From Candidatus Poribacteria bacterium (lineage in GTDB: Bacteria > Poribacteria > WGA-4E > WGA-3G): a stretch of 64,000 nucleotides of DNA. The translations under genes and the position numbers were made by a program. Of this stretch, positions 20,227-29,258 are shown in pieces. The notes beneath the pieces are model-generated. The model was not told where the DNA came from. It saw nothing but the letters and a program-made list of their open reading frames with translations, and ran no database searches. The stretch spans positions 117,491 through 181,490 of the forward strand of contig CAXXUA010000011.1 of the NCBI GenBank assembly GCA_963663765.2, read 5' to 3'. Within the stretch, counting starts at the first letter, position 1. The number at the start of each line of letters is the position of its first letter.

Positions 20227-21312
20227 CTATATTTCAGGAACTTTCACTGCAACCTCTTTTTTCATCTTATGTGAACGGAAGATACCATCCATTATCACAT
20301 TCGTAAGCAGAACACCCTCGGGTGGTATAGGTGACGGTGCATCTGCTTTGATGGCTTCACGGAAGGCAATCATCTGTGCTGCCCAGTTATCTTCATTAGG
20401 GAAACCAGAAAAGCGAATAGTTGTCATGCCTTCAGGTGGATTCGGTTCTGCAGTTAATCCCTCTGATTCAACAAATTTCTTGAGTTCACCAGCATAAGCA
20501 TCTGCAAAAACAACCGGTCCGTCCAATGAAATCCCTGCTTTTCTACCGAGATGAAAATTGCCACCAAGTGAATCTGCATGCACTGCCCAAGAAATTTTAA
20601 ATACCATGACGCCACCATTGTCAAACCGAACCCATGCTACACTGAACTCTTCTACATCCATCTTGTCGCGAAATCTTGGATCCTGCATTGAAATGTAGTC
20701 CTCGGTTATCGCAGAGACACGAACAGGCTTCGGATAACCCATCGCAAATAGCGATCTATGCATATTGTAGACACCAATATCAACAGTTGCACCCGCACCA
20801 GCTGTCTTTTTATAAATGAATGTATGTCCGGGATTTCCACGACGCCTACAGCCAGCGGACTCAGAGTAATAGATATCACCGAGTAAGCCTTCGTCATATA
20901 ACTTTCTGGCAAATTGAAGCCTCGGACTAAATGTGGGATTGAGACCAATTTGTAAGATTTTACCTGTTGCTTTAGCGGCACGAACCATCGCTGTTGCATC
21001 AGGAAGTGTCGCTGCCATCGGTTTTTCACAGAGAACATGTTTACCTGCATTCAATGCTGCTACCGTCGGTCGCCGATGTCCCTGATTGTAAGTGGTGACA
21101 CTCACGGCATCAAGTTCATCCATTTCAAGCATCTTGTTGTAACTTGTAAATGCATTCTTTTTTGGTACACCCCATTCTTCTGCGGCTTGGTTGGCTTTAC
21201 TCTTGATGATGTCACACACGGCAACAATCTCAAAACCGCCTACTTTCTCATAGGTACCCCGGTGTGCTCGTGAAATACCACCTGTACCAATAATACCTAC
21301 TTTTACTGCCAT
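20227..21312 (-). CDS. Gfo/Idh/MocA oxidoreductase (tandem copy 2)
   Basis: IGTGGIS, CEKPMA; highly similar to 21431-22516. Confidence 0.93.
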   Translation of the reverse strand: MAVKVGIIGTGGISRAHRGTYEKVGGFEIVAVCDIIKSKANQAAEEWGVPKKNAFTSYNKMLEMDELDAVSVTTYNQGHRRPTVAALNAGKHVLCEKPMAATLPDATAMVRAAKATGKILQIGLNPTFSPRLQFARKLYDEGLLGDIYYSESAGCRRRGNPGHTFIYKKTAGAGATVDIGVYNMHRSLFAMGYPKPVRVSAITEDYISMQDPRFRDKMDVEEFSVAWVRFDNGGVMVFKISWAVHADSLGGNFHLGRKAGISLDGPVVFADAYAGELKKFVESEGLTAEPNPPEGMTTIRFSGFPNEDNWAAQMIAFREAIKADAPSPIPPEGVLLTNVIMDGIFRSHKMKKEVAVKVPEI

Positions 21313-21430
21313 ATAGTTATCTCCTTGTTCGGAAATATAGTTGTTATAATGCCATAATTTAGATTATATTCGGTTGCAATGCAAGTAAAAATTCAATCTA
21401 TACCTTAATACAAAAATATAATTTCTCAAT

Positions 21431-22516
21431 CTAAAGCTCAGGAACCTTCACTGCTACCTCTTTCTTTGTCTTATGAGAACGGAAAATTCCATCCATTATT
21501 ACATTCGTTAGAAGCACACCTTCTGGTGGAAGTGGAGATGGACGATCTGCTAAAACTGCATCACGAAAAGCAGTCATTTGTGCATTCCAAACATCAACTT
21601 TCGGCAATCCTGCAAAACGGATTGTTGTCATACCTTCTGGGGGTTCTGGTATCGCTGTGAGTCCTTCAGATTCCACCAGTTTCTGTAATTCTTTACTATA
21701 GGAGTCAGCATACACGGTCGGTCCACTAAACGAGATACCCGCTTTTTTTCCAAGACAGAAACTACCACCAAGTGAGTTCTGATGCACTGCCCAGGATATC
21801 TTAAAGACCATCACACCACCGTTTTCAAAACGAACCCACGCAGCACCGAATTCTTCTACATCCATTTTGTCTTTGAATCTCGGATCTTGTAATGAGATGT
21901 AATCTTCAGTAATCGCAGACACACGCACAGGTTTCGGATAACCCATCACATACAAGGAGTTGTGTAAGTTGTAGATACCGATGTCAACGATGGCACCCGC
22001 TCCGGCTGTCTTCTTGTAGATAAACGTCCTTCCCGGTGTTCCGCGACGTCTACAATTAGCAGATTCAGAATAGTATATATCACCGAGAATGCCTTCATCA
22101 ACGATTTTTTTAGACAATTGATTGGATGGTGAGAAAGCACTTTTCACGCCAATCTGTAGTATTTTACCAGATGCTTTCGCGGCGCGTACCATCGCGGTTG
22201 CATCAGCAAGTGTTGCTGCCATCGGTTTCTCACAGAATACATGCTTACCTGCGTTCAATGCAGCAACCGTCGGACGTCGATGTGCCTGATTATAGGTGCA
22301 AACACTCACCGTGTCAATCTCATCCATCTCCAACATCTTGTTGTAACTTGTGAATACATTCTTTTTTGGAACACCCCAGTTTTCTGCTGCCTGAAGTGCC
22401 TTTTCCCGGAATATGTCACACACAGCCACAATCTCAAACCCATCAACACTTGTATAGGCTCTATGGTGTGCACGTGAAATACCTCCCGTCCCAACAATCC
22501 CAACGCGTATTGCCAT
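21431..22516 (-). CDS. Gfo/Idh/MocA oxidoreductase (tandem copy 1)
   Basis: VGTGGIS, CEKPMA; same 361-aa length as its neighbour. Confidence 0.93.
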   Translation of the reverse strand: MAIRVGIVGTGGISRAHHRAYTSVDGFEIVAVCDIFREKALQAAENWGVPKKNVFTSYNKMLEMDEIDTVSVCTYNQAHRRPTVAALNAGKHVFCEKPMAATLADATAMVRAAKASGKILQIGVKSAFSPSNQLSKKIVDEGILGDIYYSESANCRRRGTPGRTFIYKKTAGAGAIVDIGIYNLHNSLYVMGYPKPVRVSAITEDYISLQDPRFKDKMDVEEFGAAWVRFENGGVMVFKISWAVHQNSLGGSFCLGKKAGISFSGPTVYADSYSKELQKLVESEGLTAIPEPPEGMTTIRFAGLPKVDVWNAQMTAFRDAVLADRPSPLPPEGVLLTNVIMDGIFRSHKTKKEVAVKVPEL

Positions 22517-22616
22517 ATCGTTATCTCCTTATGTGAAATGCAATTGTATTGATGCATTAGTTTAGACGATATTCAGTTGGAAATGCAAGGAAAAAATATG
22601 ATATAATAAAGGAGTA

Positions 22617-22738
22617 CAGGACTTACGTAAAAAAGGTAGGCGTGCTTTGTAAGCGCGCTGGAAACCCATAAAAACGCTGATAATTGCATCATTTTCAACA
22701 TAATTTTTGATTAAATCAAGAAAACTGCGTAAGTCCTG
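22617..22738. mobile_element. 122-bp CAGGACTTACG-type MITE with 6-bp TSD
   Basis: TIRs CAGGACTTACG/CGTAAGTCCTG; GGAGTA on both sides (22611-22616, 22739-22744); carries REP arm GTAGGCGTGCTTTGTAAGCGCGC. Confidence 0.9.
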
Positions 22739-22774
22739 GGAGTATATTCTATCCGATGATAGAAGGAGGGCATC

Positions 22775-24589
22775 ATGAGTATTAATGCAGACAAAATACG
22801 ACTTTCACAAGTGCATACACTGACAAAAATGCGGCGTAAGTTAAAGTTAAACGAAATGGTCACTGTATACCAGGAATATGAAGACAAAGAAGAACATAGT
22901 AAACGTTACATCTATTGTGCTCTGATTCCGTCATCTCAAATTCAGGAATCGCTTGCTCACTCAGATTCGGATTTGACTTCTTATCGTGGCATACCTGGTG
23001 GGGTAACCTACCATAAACAAGGTGAATTGCATCGCGAATACCTACGCTACGGTGTTGATAACGGCGTTGAACCCTTGATTATCAATAGAAACTTTTATAG
23101 ATTGTGGGAAGAATACAATGAAATATCTGAAGAATTCCGTCTGTTTCATAATCTCTATCACGACCAAAAAACGAATCAATACCTCAAAATAGATGATGTT
23201 GGAAATGAAGAAGTCGTAGCAATGGTCACACCAGATCACATACAGATTCGGCTCAAAGAAATTCGTCAATTTTTAGCTATCAAGGAGATGCACCTCGCGA
23301 TTCAATTCGTTTTTCATCAAAATTCAATATATTCATTGGAGGAACTGGAATTGCAAGCTGGTGAAGATAACAAACGGGATGGACTTATGTGCTGGCTGCA
23401 CCGCTATGGTGATCTCACTGGCATTGGGAACTGTCAGACTTTTAGTTATTTGGTCGGGAAACGACTTCTTGAACCCCTGCCAAAAGCAAAAAGCGGTTTT
23501 TGGCCCTTCGCTGAGGAAACAGATGTAAAATATGAGGAATTTATTATTGATGTTGATGAAGATGGAGAAGAAATTCTATACACTTCTAACCCGGATGAAC
23601 TGAAAACACCTGCCGACCCAGAGAATATTCGTGGAGTGGATAATGATGCACCAAGTTATCTAACTCCCATCCATTTCAGTAAGAAGGTGTTAGGAAAATA
23701 TTACCATGAACCAAGAAAATACAGTGTAGAGGATTCAATTTTGAGATGTGGGAGTTTGTGGGGTGTCTTTATTGACAATCATCATGAAGACAGAGTTTGT
23801 GCGTGGTTAGGTGATCTTGGACACGATCTTCCATACAGCGAACAGCAACATTGGCGACAACACAATATTTCACCAACAGGTGGGATAAACAAAACTTTTT
23901 TTGATCGTCAGTTAGGTACCCAGTTCACAGATTCAGATATGCCTGAAAATATCTTTAAACAACGTTATCGTGATTTACAAAAGGCAAGTCAAGAAGAGCT
24001 TGCCGAGCAATGGTTGTTACCACTTAGCACTGCAGATACATATCTCCTTGAATGCCTGAGAATTCCCGCTACTGATGAACATCGCCATTTTGATGAATTG
24101 GTTTTGAGTCTGACAAAGATACTAATTGATTCTCTTAACGAAGCATATTTGAAAAAGATGATTCCTTTTAGGAAACGACTGGAATATAAAGAGAAAAGAG
24201 GCATTGCACTACTTGAAGCTGCTTTACATTTGAATAAAATTAAAGGAACAAACGGGCATGTTGATTTTTTCAGAAAACTCCAGAGTCTTCGTTCAAGTGG
24301 TAGTGAACATCGGAATGGAAGTAAATACGAAAAAATTGCGAAGCACTTCGGAATAGAGAACCAAAATCTAAGTGGTGTTTTTACTGAAATTCTCAATAGC
24401 GCAACTAAAGTTCTTAATTTTTTTATTATGCTTGTGAAAAGTGGACAAATCCGTGAAATAGTTGAAAAAAATCAGATGGCAGCAGGATATGCTGTTATGG
24501 GTGAGATGATTGGAATTACCAATTCTGGTTCAACTGATGGTTCTGTCAATCACGATAATTTTATATTTGAAGAGCAATCTAAAACATGA
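22775..24589 (+). CDS. Uncharacterised protein with C-terminal HEPN-like motif and antitoxin-like tail
   Basis: 604-aa ORF with AGGAGG RBS; LQSLRSSGSEHR (R-x5-H); tail GEMIGITNSGSTDGSVNHDNFIF. Confidence 0.7.
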   Translation: MSINADKIRLSQVHTLTKMRRKLKLNEMVTVYQEYEDKEEHSKRYIYCALIPSSQIQESLAHSDSDLTSYRGIPGGVTYHKQGELHREYLRYGVDNGVEPLIINRNFYRLWEEYNEISEEFRLFHNLYHDQKTNQYLKIDDVGNEEVVAMVTPDHIQIRLKEIRQFLAIKEMHLAIQFVFHQNSIYSLEELELQAGEDNKRDGLMCWLHRYGDLTGIGNCQTFSYLVGKRLLEPLPKAKSGFWPFAEETDVKYEEFIIDVDEDGEEILYTSNPDELKTPADPENIRGVDNDAPSYLTPIHFSKKVLGKYYHEPRKYSVEDSILRCGSLWGVFIDNHHEDRVCAWLGDLGHDLPYSEQQHWRQHNISPTGGINKTFFDRQLGTQFTDSDMPENIFKQRYRDLQKASQEELAEQWLLPLSTADTYLLECLRIPATDEHRHFDELVLSLTKILIDSLNEAYLKKMIPFRKRLEYKEKRGIALLEAALHLNKIKGTNGHVDFFRKLQSLRSSGSEHRNGSKYEKIAKHFGIENQNLSGVFTEILNSATKVLNFFIMLVKSGQIREIVEKNQMAAGYAVMGEMIGITNSGSTDGSVNHDNFIFEEQSKT

Positions 24590-25101
24590 TTTTTGTTGAT
24601 ACAGGTGCTTGGATTGCTCTATTAAATCAGAGGGATCAATACCATCATGATGCTGTAGTTGTGTTTAACAAGTTGCAACTACATCGGATGCGATTACTTA
24701 CTACAGATTATGTGATTGACGAAACCGTTACTCGCTTTAGATACGATACGAACCACACACTTACTGTTGAATTCTTGAACCGTATTGAACTTCTGGAAGA
24801 AACAGAATTTTTAACCATTGCAGAAATCGATAAAAATGTATTTGAGGCAGTAAAATCACTTTTCCGACAGTATGACTCAGTACAACTATCCTTTACAGAT
24901 TGCACCAGTTTTGTAATTTGCCGTGTTCATAAAATTTCAGAGGCATTTGCGTTTGACCACCATTTTCCAATAATGGGAATTATAGTGGATTTTAGAATTA
25001 TTTTTACACTTTCAGGTGTAGGAGGGAACTCCGATTCCCGACTATATTCTGTGTATTGTAGGAGGGAACTCCGATTCCCGACTATATTCTGTGTAATGTA
25101 G
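24586..25101 (+). CDS. vapC: PIN-domain VapC toxin (C-terminus altered by a MITE insertion after about codon 132)
   Basis: IFVDTGAWIAL, TTDYVIDET, LSFTDCTSF, AFAFDHHF; ATGA overlap with the upstream gene. Confidence 0.9.
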   Translation: MIFVDTGAWIALLNQRDQYHHDAVVVFNKLQLHRMRLLTTDYVIDETVTRFRYDTNHTLTVEFLNRIELLEETEFLTIAEIDKNVFEAVKSLFRQYDSVQLSFTDCTSFVICRVHKISEAFAFDHHFPIMGIIVDFRIIFTLSGVGGNSDSRLYSVYCRRELRFPTIFCVM

Positions 25102-25675
25102 GAGGGAACTCCGATTCCCGACTATATTCTGTGTAATGTAGGAGGGAACTCCGATTCCCGACTATATTCTGTGTATTGTAGGAGGGAACTCCGATTCCCG
25201 ACTATATTCTGTGTATTGTAGGAGGGAACTCCGATTCCCGACAATATTCTGTGTATTGTAGGAGGGAACTCCGATTCCCGACTATATTCTGTGTAATGTA
25301 GGAGGGAACTCCGATTCCCGACTATATTCTGTGTATTGTAGGAGGGAACTCCGATTCCCGACTATATTCTGTGTATTGTAGGAGGGAACTCCGATTCCCG
25401 ACTATATTCTGTGTATTGTAGGAGGGAACTCCGATTCCCGACTATATTCTGCGTAATGTAGGAGGGAACTCCGATTCCCGACTATATTCTGTGTATTGTA
25501 GGAGGGAACTCCGATTCCCGACTATATTCTGTGTAATGTAGGAGGGAACTCCGATTCCCGACAATATTCTGTGTATTGTAGGAGGGAACTCCGATTCCCG
25601 ACTATCAACGCGTTCAGTCACGATTCGGAGATCGCTCCTATAGAAAAAGTGTAAACTTAATTGTATATTTCACTA
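24983..25675. mobile_element. TA-flanked MITE enclosing a 40-bp tandem array
   Basis: Imperfect ~29-bp TIRs TAGTGGATTTTAGAATTATTTTTACACTT / AAGTGTAAACTTAATTGTATATTTCACTA with TA on each side. Confidence 0.8.
25017..25605. repeat. 15 x 40-bp tandem array of a REP left arm
   Basis: GGAGGGAACT recurs every 40 bp from 25021 to 25581; unit TGTAGGAGGGAACTCCGATTCCCGACTATATTCTGTGTA(T/A); single complementary arm at ~25617-25642. Confidence 0.97.
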
Positions 25676-25747
25676 TAATTTGCGACAATAGTTAGTCACG
25701 ATTTAATACCGCAGCAGTAAAACAATAGCATTGACTACTGCATTAGA

Positions 25748-26698
25748 TTACCGTTTAAACATTTTCTCACGATGCCATGCTAAAGCACTTTGATCAGGAC
25801 ACAGTTCTTTTTGCTCTGGTAATAGTATTGTTTTACCATTCAATGTTTTTAACATCCATTCTGTTGGTCCCCGTTCAGTCATTAGTTCTGAAACAATAAT
25901 TTTAAACGACTCGTCTATTGAAAACAGGTATCTATCAAAAGCCCAATGATGCAATTTACATAGAGAAATTCCATTCCGAACATCGTCATTATTTGATTTA
26001 TTGAATGGAATTATGTGAGCAGCCTCAGTAACACTTTCTCCATTCAATGTTATAATCTGCAACTTGCAGACTGCACAAGTATAGTCGTAAATTCTCATGA
26101 TTGTGCGGCGAAAACCAGGTTCCCGAATCTTTTTTTCACTTTCGATTGGTTCCTCAAGTTTTGTTGAGAAATCATGTTGAACATAATCCAATAGTTCCTT
26201 GCTATAACCACTAATCTGTTGTTCTTCTGAAATAACACTTTGGATTTCATTTGTTAAATTGAGGAAATACTTGTCAATGAGAGTTTTCCTTAATATCTCT
26301 CTTTCTAAAGGTTGAATTAGTAGAGTAAATAGTTCTTCATCAAGACTTGCATGTGATATCATCTTTCGTAGTTTAGGAAAAGTCTTTATTTGAGAAACAA
26401 CTTCTAATGCTTTTTCATAACCAGGATTTGGGTGATGATGCCAGAAACTGCGACTCTTTAGGTGGAAGAATGGTAGAGCAGGATTTGGTTTTCTATTTGT
26501 GATGCAATTCCAATACTTTAGAAATTTCTCAACCAAATGGGGCGATGGAGGGATTTTGTTAATTTCAATCTGTTCTTGCTCAATCATTTCAATAATTGTT
26601 AACAAGAGTACTGGCTGATGTGGTGCATTACCATGCGCCCTATCTATTCGTAATTTCCTAAACTCATTGATGTATTTTCTCAGGCTATCTTCATTCAT
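25748..26698 (-). CDS. SBD-HNH endonuclease (ScoMcrA-like, putative phosphorothioate-dependent type IV restriction enzyme)
   Basis: N-terminal APHQPVLLL...PFFHL; C-terminal FRR..MRIYDYTCAVC...EAAHIIP...DDVRNGISLCKLHHWAFD. Confidence 0.85.
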   Translation of the reverse strand: MNEDSLRKYINEFRKLRIDRAHGNAPHQPVLLLTIIEMIEQEQIEINKIPPSPHLVEKFLKYWNCITNRKPNPALPFFHLKSRSFWHHHPNPGYEKALEVVSQIKTFPKLRKMISHASLDEELFTLLIQPLEREILRKTLIDKYFLNLTNEIQSVISEEQQISGYSKELLDYVQHDFSTKLEEPIESEKKIREPGFRRTIMRIYDYTCAVCKLQIITLNGESVTEAAHIIPFNKSNNDDVRNGISLCKLHHWAFDRYLFSIDESFKIIVSELMTERGPTEWMLKTLNGKTILLPEQKELCPDQSALAWHREKMFKR

Positions 26699-26739
26699 AA
26701 TTCTTAATTTTTCAGAAGTAGGTTACCACAAGATAAAAC

Positions 26740-29250
26740 CTATTTCCGCAGCAGCATTTTCCTAGTCGCAGTGAAATCTCCTGCAGACAAGGTATAATAA
26801 TACAAACCACTTGCAACTGACTCACCGCTATTATTACGACCGTTCCAATATGCAGCACGGCTTCGCCTATAATACGTACCAGCAGGTTGATGTCCCAAAT
26901 CTAAAGTTCGGATCAGGTTGCCACGCACATCGTATATGGTAATCACAGCATCAGCAGGTGCAGTTAGTTGATACGGAATCCAAGTCTCTGGATTGAAGGG
27001 GTTCGGGTAGTTTTTCAACAGACGGGTTTCAAAAGGCATCGCAGCTGCAAGGAGATTTTCAAGATAAGCAATTCCGTTAACGATAGTAGCATCCTTATTA
27101 GGTAATTGCCTTGCTTGATTTATCCAAGCTTGTATCGTCTTATCGTTGAAAGTGTTTATGTTTTGTGAATAGGTAGGCGCAGCATTTGCTTCAGAATTAA
27201 TCTCATTTACGACAATTAATAGATCTATAATATTCACAACACCATCACCATTGACATCAGGATTTGGATTGACATTTTCAGTTATTGTTTCACCAAAGTT
27301 AGCAGCAACCAACACAAGATCAGTCGTATCGACCTTACCATCTCCATTGATGTCGGCGCGGTTTTGTTCAGAAGGAAATTCACCTGCTTTTAGTAAAATC
27401 TCTTGACGGGAGATATTACCATATACATCTATTGTCTGAAGTTGAATGGTATTTGTGGGAAGTGATGTGAGTGAACCGATGTCAAATGTAACAGCAGTAC
27501 TCAATGCGTCAATTCGTTGACAACTATGTAATTTAATCCCGGCAGCTGGGTCGGAATCTGTAGTTGGAACAAATAACTGAACTTGGTGTATACCGTCAAA
27601 ATCAGTTATCTGAAATATGATAGAATAATCTGTTGCATTTAATGGATATGTTTCTGAAGTGAGCATTTGAATTGTCGTCGGATCATTGAAAGAGATATCT
27701 TCAGTATTAAAAAAGCGACTAACACTCAACCATTCTGTAGCACAGTCTGAGAATCGGTCGGCTTCTGAACCGTAAGACATGATGTAGCTTTCATCACGAA
27801 AATCGTGTTCCAAACCGAATGCATGTCCAAGTTCGTGTGCTGTGACAATTGTTCCAACCTTACCATCAAAACACTTCCCCGATGCGGGAACAATCGCATA
27901 GCCTCCCTGTGATTTAACCTGATGACCTAAACCATGCCAGTTACTACCGCCTACGCCACACACAGCGTCATGTTCAAGAACCTGCGTACTCACCTCAGTC
28001 ACGATGAGATAGACATGTTTATCTAAATCAAACAATGCATCAATTTCATTGCTAATCTTTTTAGTTGTATGAGTATGGTAATAGTTGTCGTTGAAGTTTC
28101 CATTGACTTTATGAACAATCGTCTGCTCGTTTTCATCTTTTTCAATTGAAAATGTTAATCTATCATACCCATCTGCTTCCATTTGGTCAGCGTATAAGGT
28201 TTGAACATCTTTGATCAAGCGATTAAGTTTTGTCCACATGTCGGTTTGGCTACTTCGATCGCGAGGAACAAAATAGATTATTCGCAACATTGGTTTTTCA
28301 CCCGATTGATATGATGTAACATCCCATAAACGTAAGGTGCCATCGCTTCCTCCGCTTGTGAGTGAAGTTCCTTCTGGAGAAAACGCAGTAGCGTTAACCC
28401 ATCCAGTATGACCTCTAAGCGTAACTAAGTTTTCACCATTGTTAAGTGACCAGAGATTTACTTCTTCATAATCCACGCTTACAAGTTTGCTGCTGTCAGG
28501 AGAAAAACTTAGGTCTGTGACTGTAGAAGAGGTCGGTAAAGTTCCAATAAGTTCCCAATTAGATACTCGCCATAACTTAACATCACCGTGAAATCCTGTA
28601 CTAGCGAGCATTTTGTTATCTGGTGAAAATTCCATTGAAGTTATATAGTTAGAATCACCACGATACTGTATGATTTCTTGCTGATTTTGTAGATTAATAA
28701 TTATTATCTGTCCATCGGCATCACCAATTGCCAATAACTTTCCATCATACGAAAATGCTAAAGCAATAATCCATTTGGAATGTCTGATTGTCCTAATTTC
28801 TCGCAAAGTGTGAATATCCCACAACTTTAGATGCCACCCAGCAGAGGCAAACATTTGACCATCTGAAGAAAAACTTACTGCTTTGACCTGTGCACGGACA
28901 CGGTCTGTAATATGTGATAGTGTCGTTAGTCTTCGCTTGTTGGTAACATTCCAAACTACTATTGTATAGTCATCACTACCACTCACAAGACGAGTGCCAT
29001 TAGGGGAAAAAGCTAATGAATTGATTGTATTTTTATGACTCCCTAAAGTGTCAACTCTACCATCCGCTAAATCCCATATTTTGACGGTGTTATTTCCTCC
29101 AGCACTGGCAATTAATGAGGAATTGACAGGTGAGTAGGCAACTGCATTGACACTTCCACCATGCGTTAATGTGGTATGTTCTTGTGAATTTGCAGTAAGT
29201 GATAAGAAGATTAAAAATGTGATTGAAACAAAAATGTATTTGTTAAACAT
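26740..29250 (-). CDS. Secreted WD40-repeat zinc metalloprotease with dockerin and FlgD/T9SS-like C-terminal domain
   Basis: Signal peptide; WD40 repeats; HELGHAFGLEH with IMSY Met-turn; DINGDG/DVNGDG; NYPNPFNPETWIPY...WNGRN..GE.VASG.Y.Y. Confidence 0.9.
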   Translation of the reverse strand: MFNKYIFVSITFLIFLSLTANSQEHTTLTHGGSVNAVAYSPVNSSLIASAGGNNTVKIWDLADGRVDTLGSHKNTINSLAFSPNGTRLVSGSDDYTIVVWNVTNKRRLTTLSHITDRVRAQVKAVSFSSDGQMFASAGWHLKLWDIHTLREIRTIRHSKWIIALAFSYDGKLLAIGDADGQIIIINLQNQQEIIQYRGDSNYITSMEFSPDNKMLASTGFHGDVKLWRVSNWELIGTLPTSSTVTDLSFSPDSSKLVSVDYEEVNLWSLNNGENLVTLRGHTGWVNATAFSPEGTSLTSGGSDGTLRLWDVTSYQSGEKPMLRIIYFVPRDRSSQTDMWTKLNRLIKDVQTLYADQMEADGYDRLTFSIEKDENEQTIVHKVNGNFNDNYYHTHTTKKISNEIDALFDLDKHVYLIVTEVSTQVLEHDAVCGVGGSNWHGLGHQVKSQGGYAIVPASGKCFDGKVGTIVTAHELGHAFGLEHDFRDESYIMSYGSEADRFSDCATEWLSVSRFFNTEDISFNDPTTIQMLTSETYPLNATDYSIIFQITDFDGIHQVQLFVPTTDSDPAAGIKLHSCQRIDALSTAVTFDIGSLTSLPTNTIQLQTIDVYGNISRQEILLKAGEFPSEQNRADINGDGKVDTTDLVLVAANFGETITENVNPNPDVNGDGVVNIIDLLIVVNEINSEANAAPTYSQNINTFNDKTIQAWINQARQLPNKDATIVNGIAYLENLLAAAMPFETRLLKNYPNPFNPETWIPYQLTAPADAVITIYDVRGNLIRTLDLGHQPAGTYYRRSRAAYWNGRNNSGESVASGLYYYTLSAGDFTATRKMLLRK

Positions 29251-29258
29251 AAATTTTC

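Noticed and set aside
20227-22516. Diversity-generating retroelement template/variable pair
   Set aside because: Whole-gene duplication without adenine-specific differences, and no reverse transcriptase
25017-25605. CRISPR array
   Set aside because: Units are contiguous near-identical 40-mers with no unique spacers, and there are no cas genes
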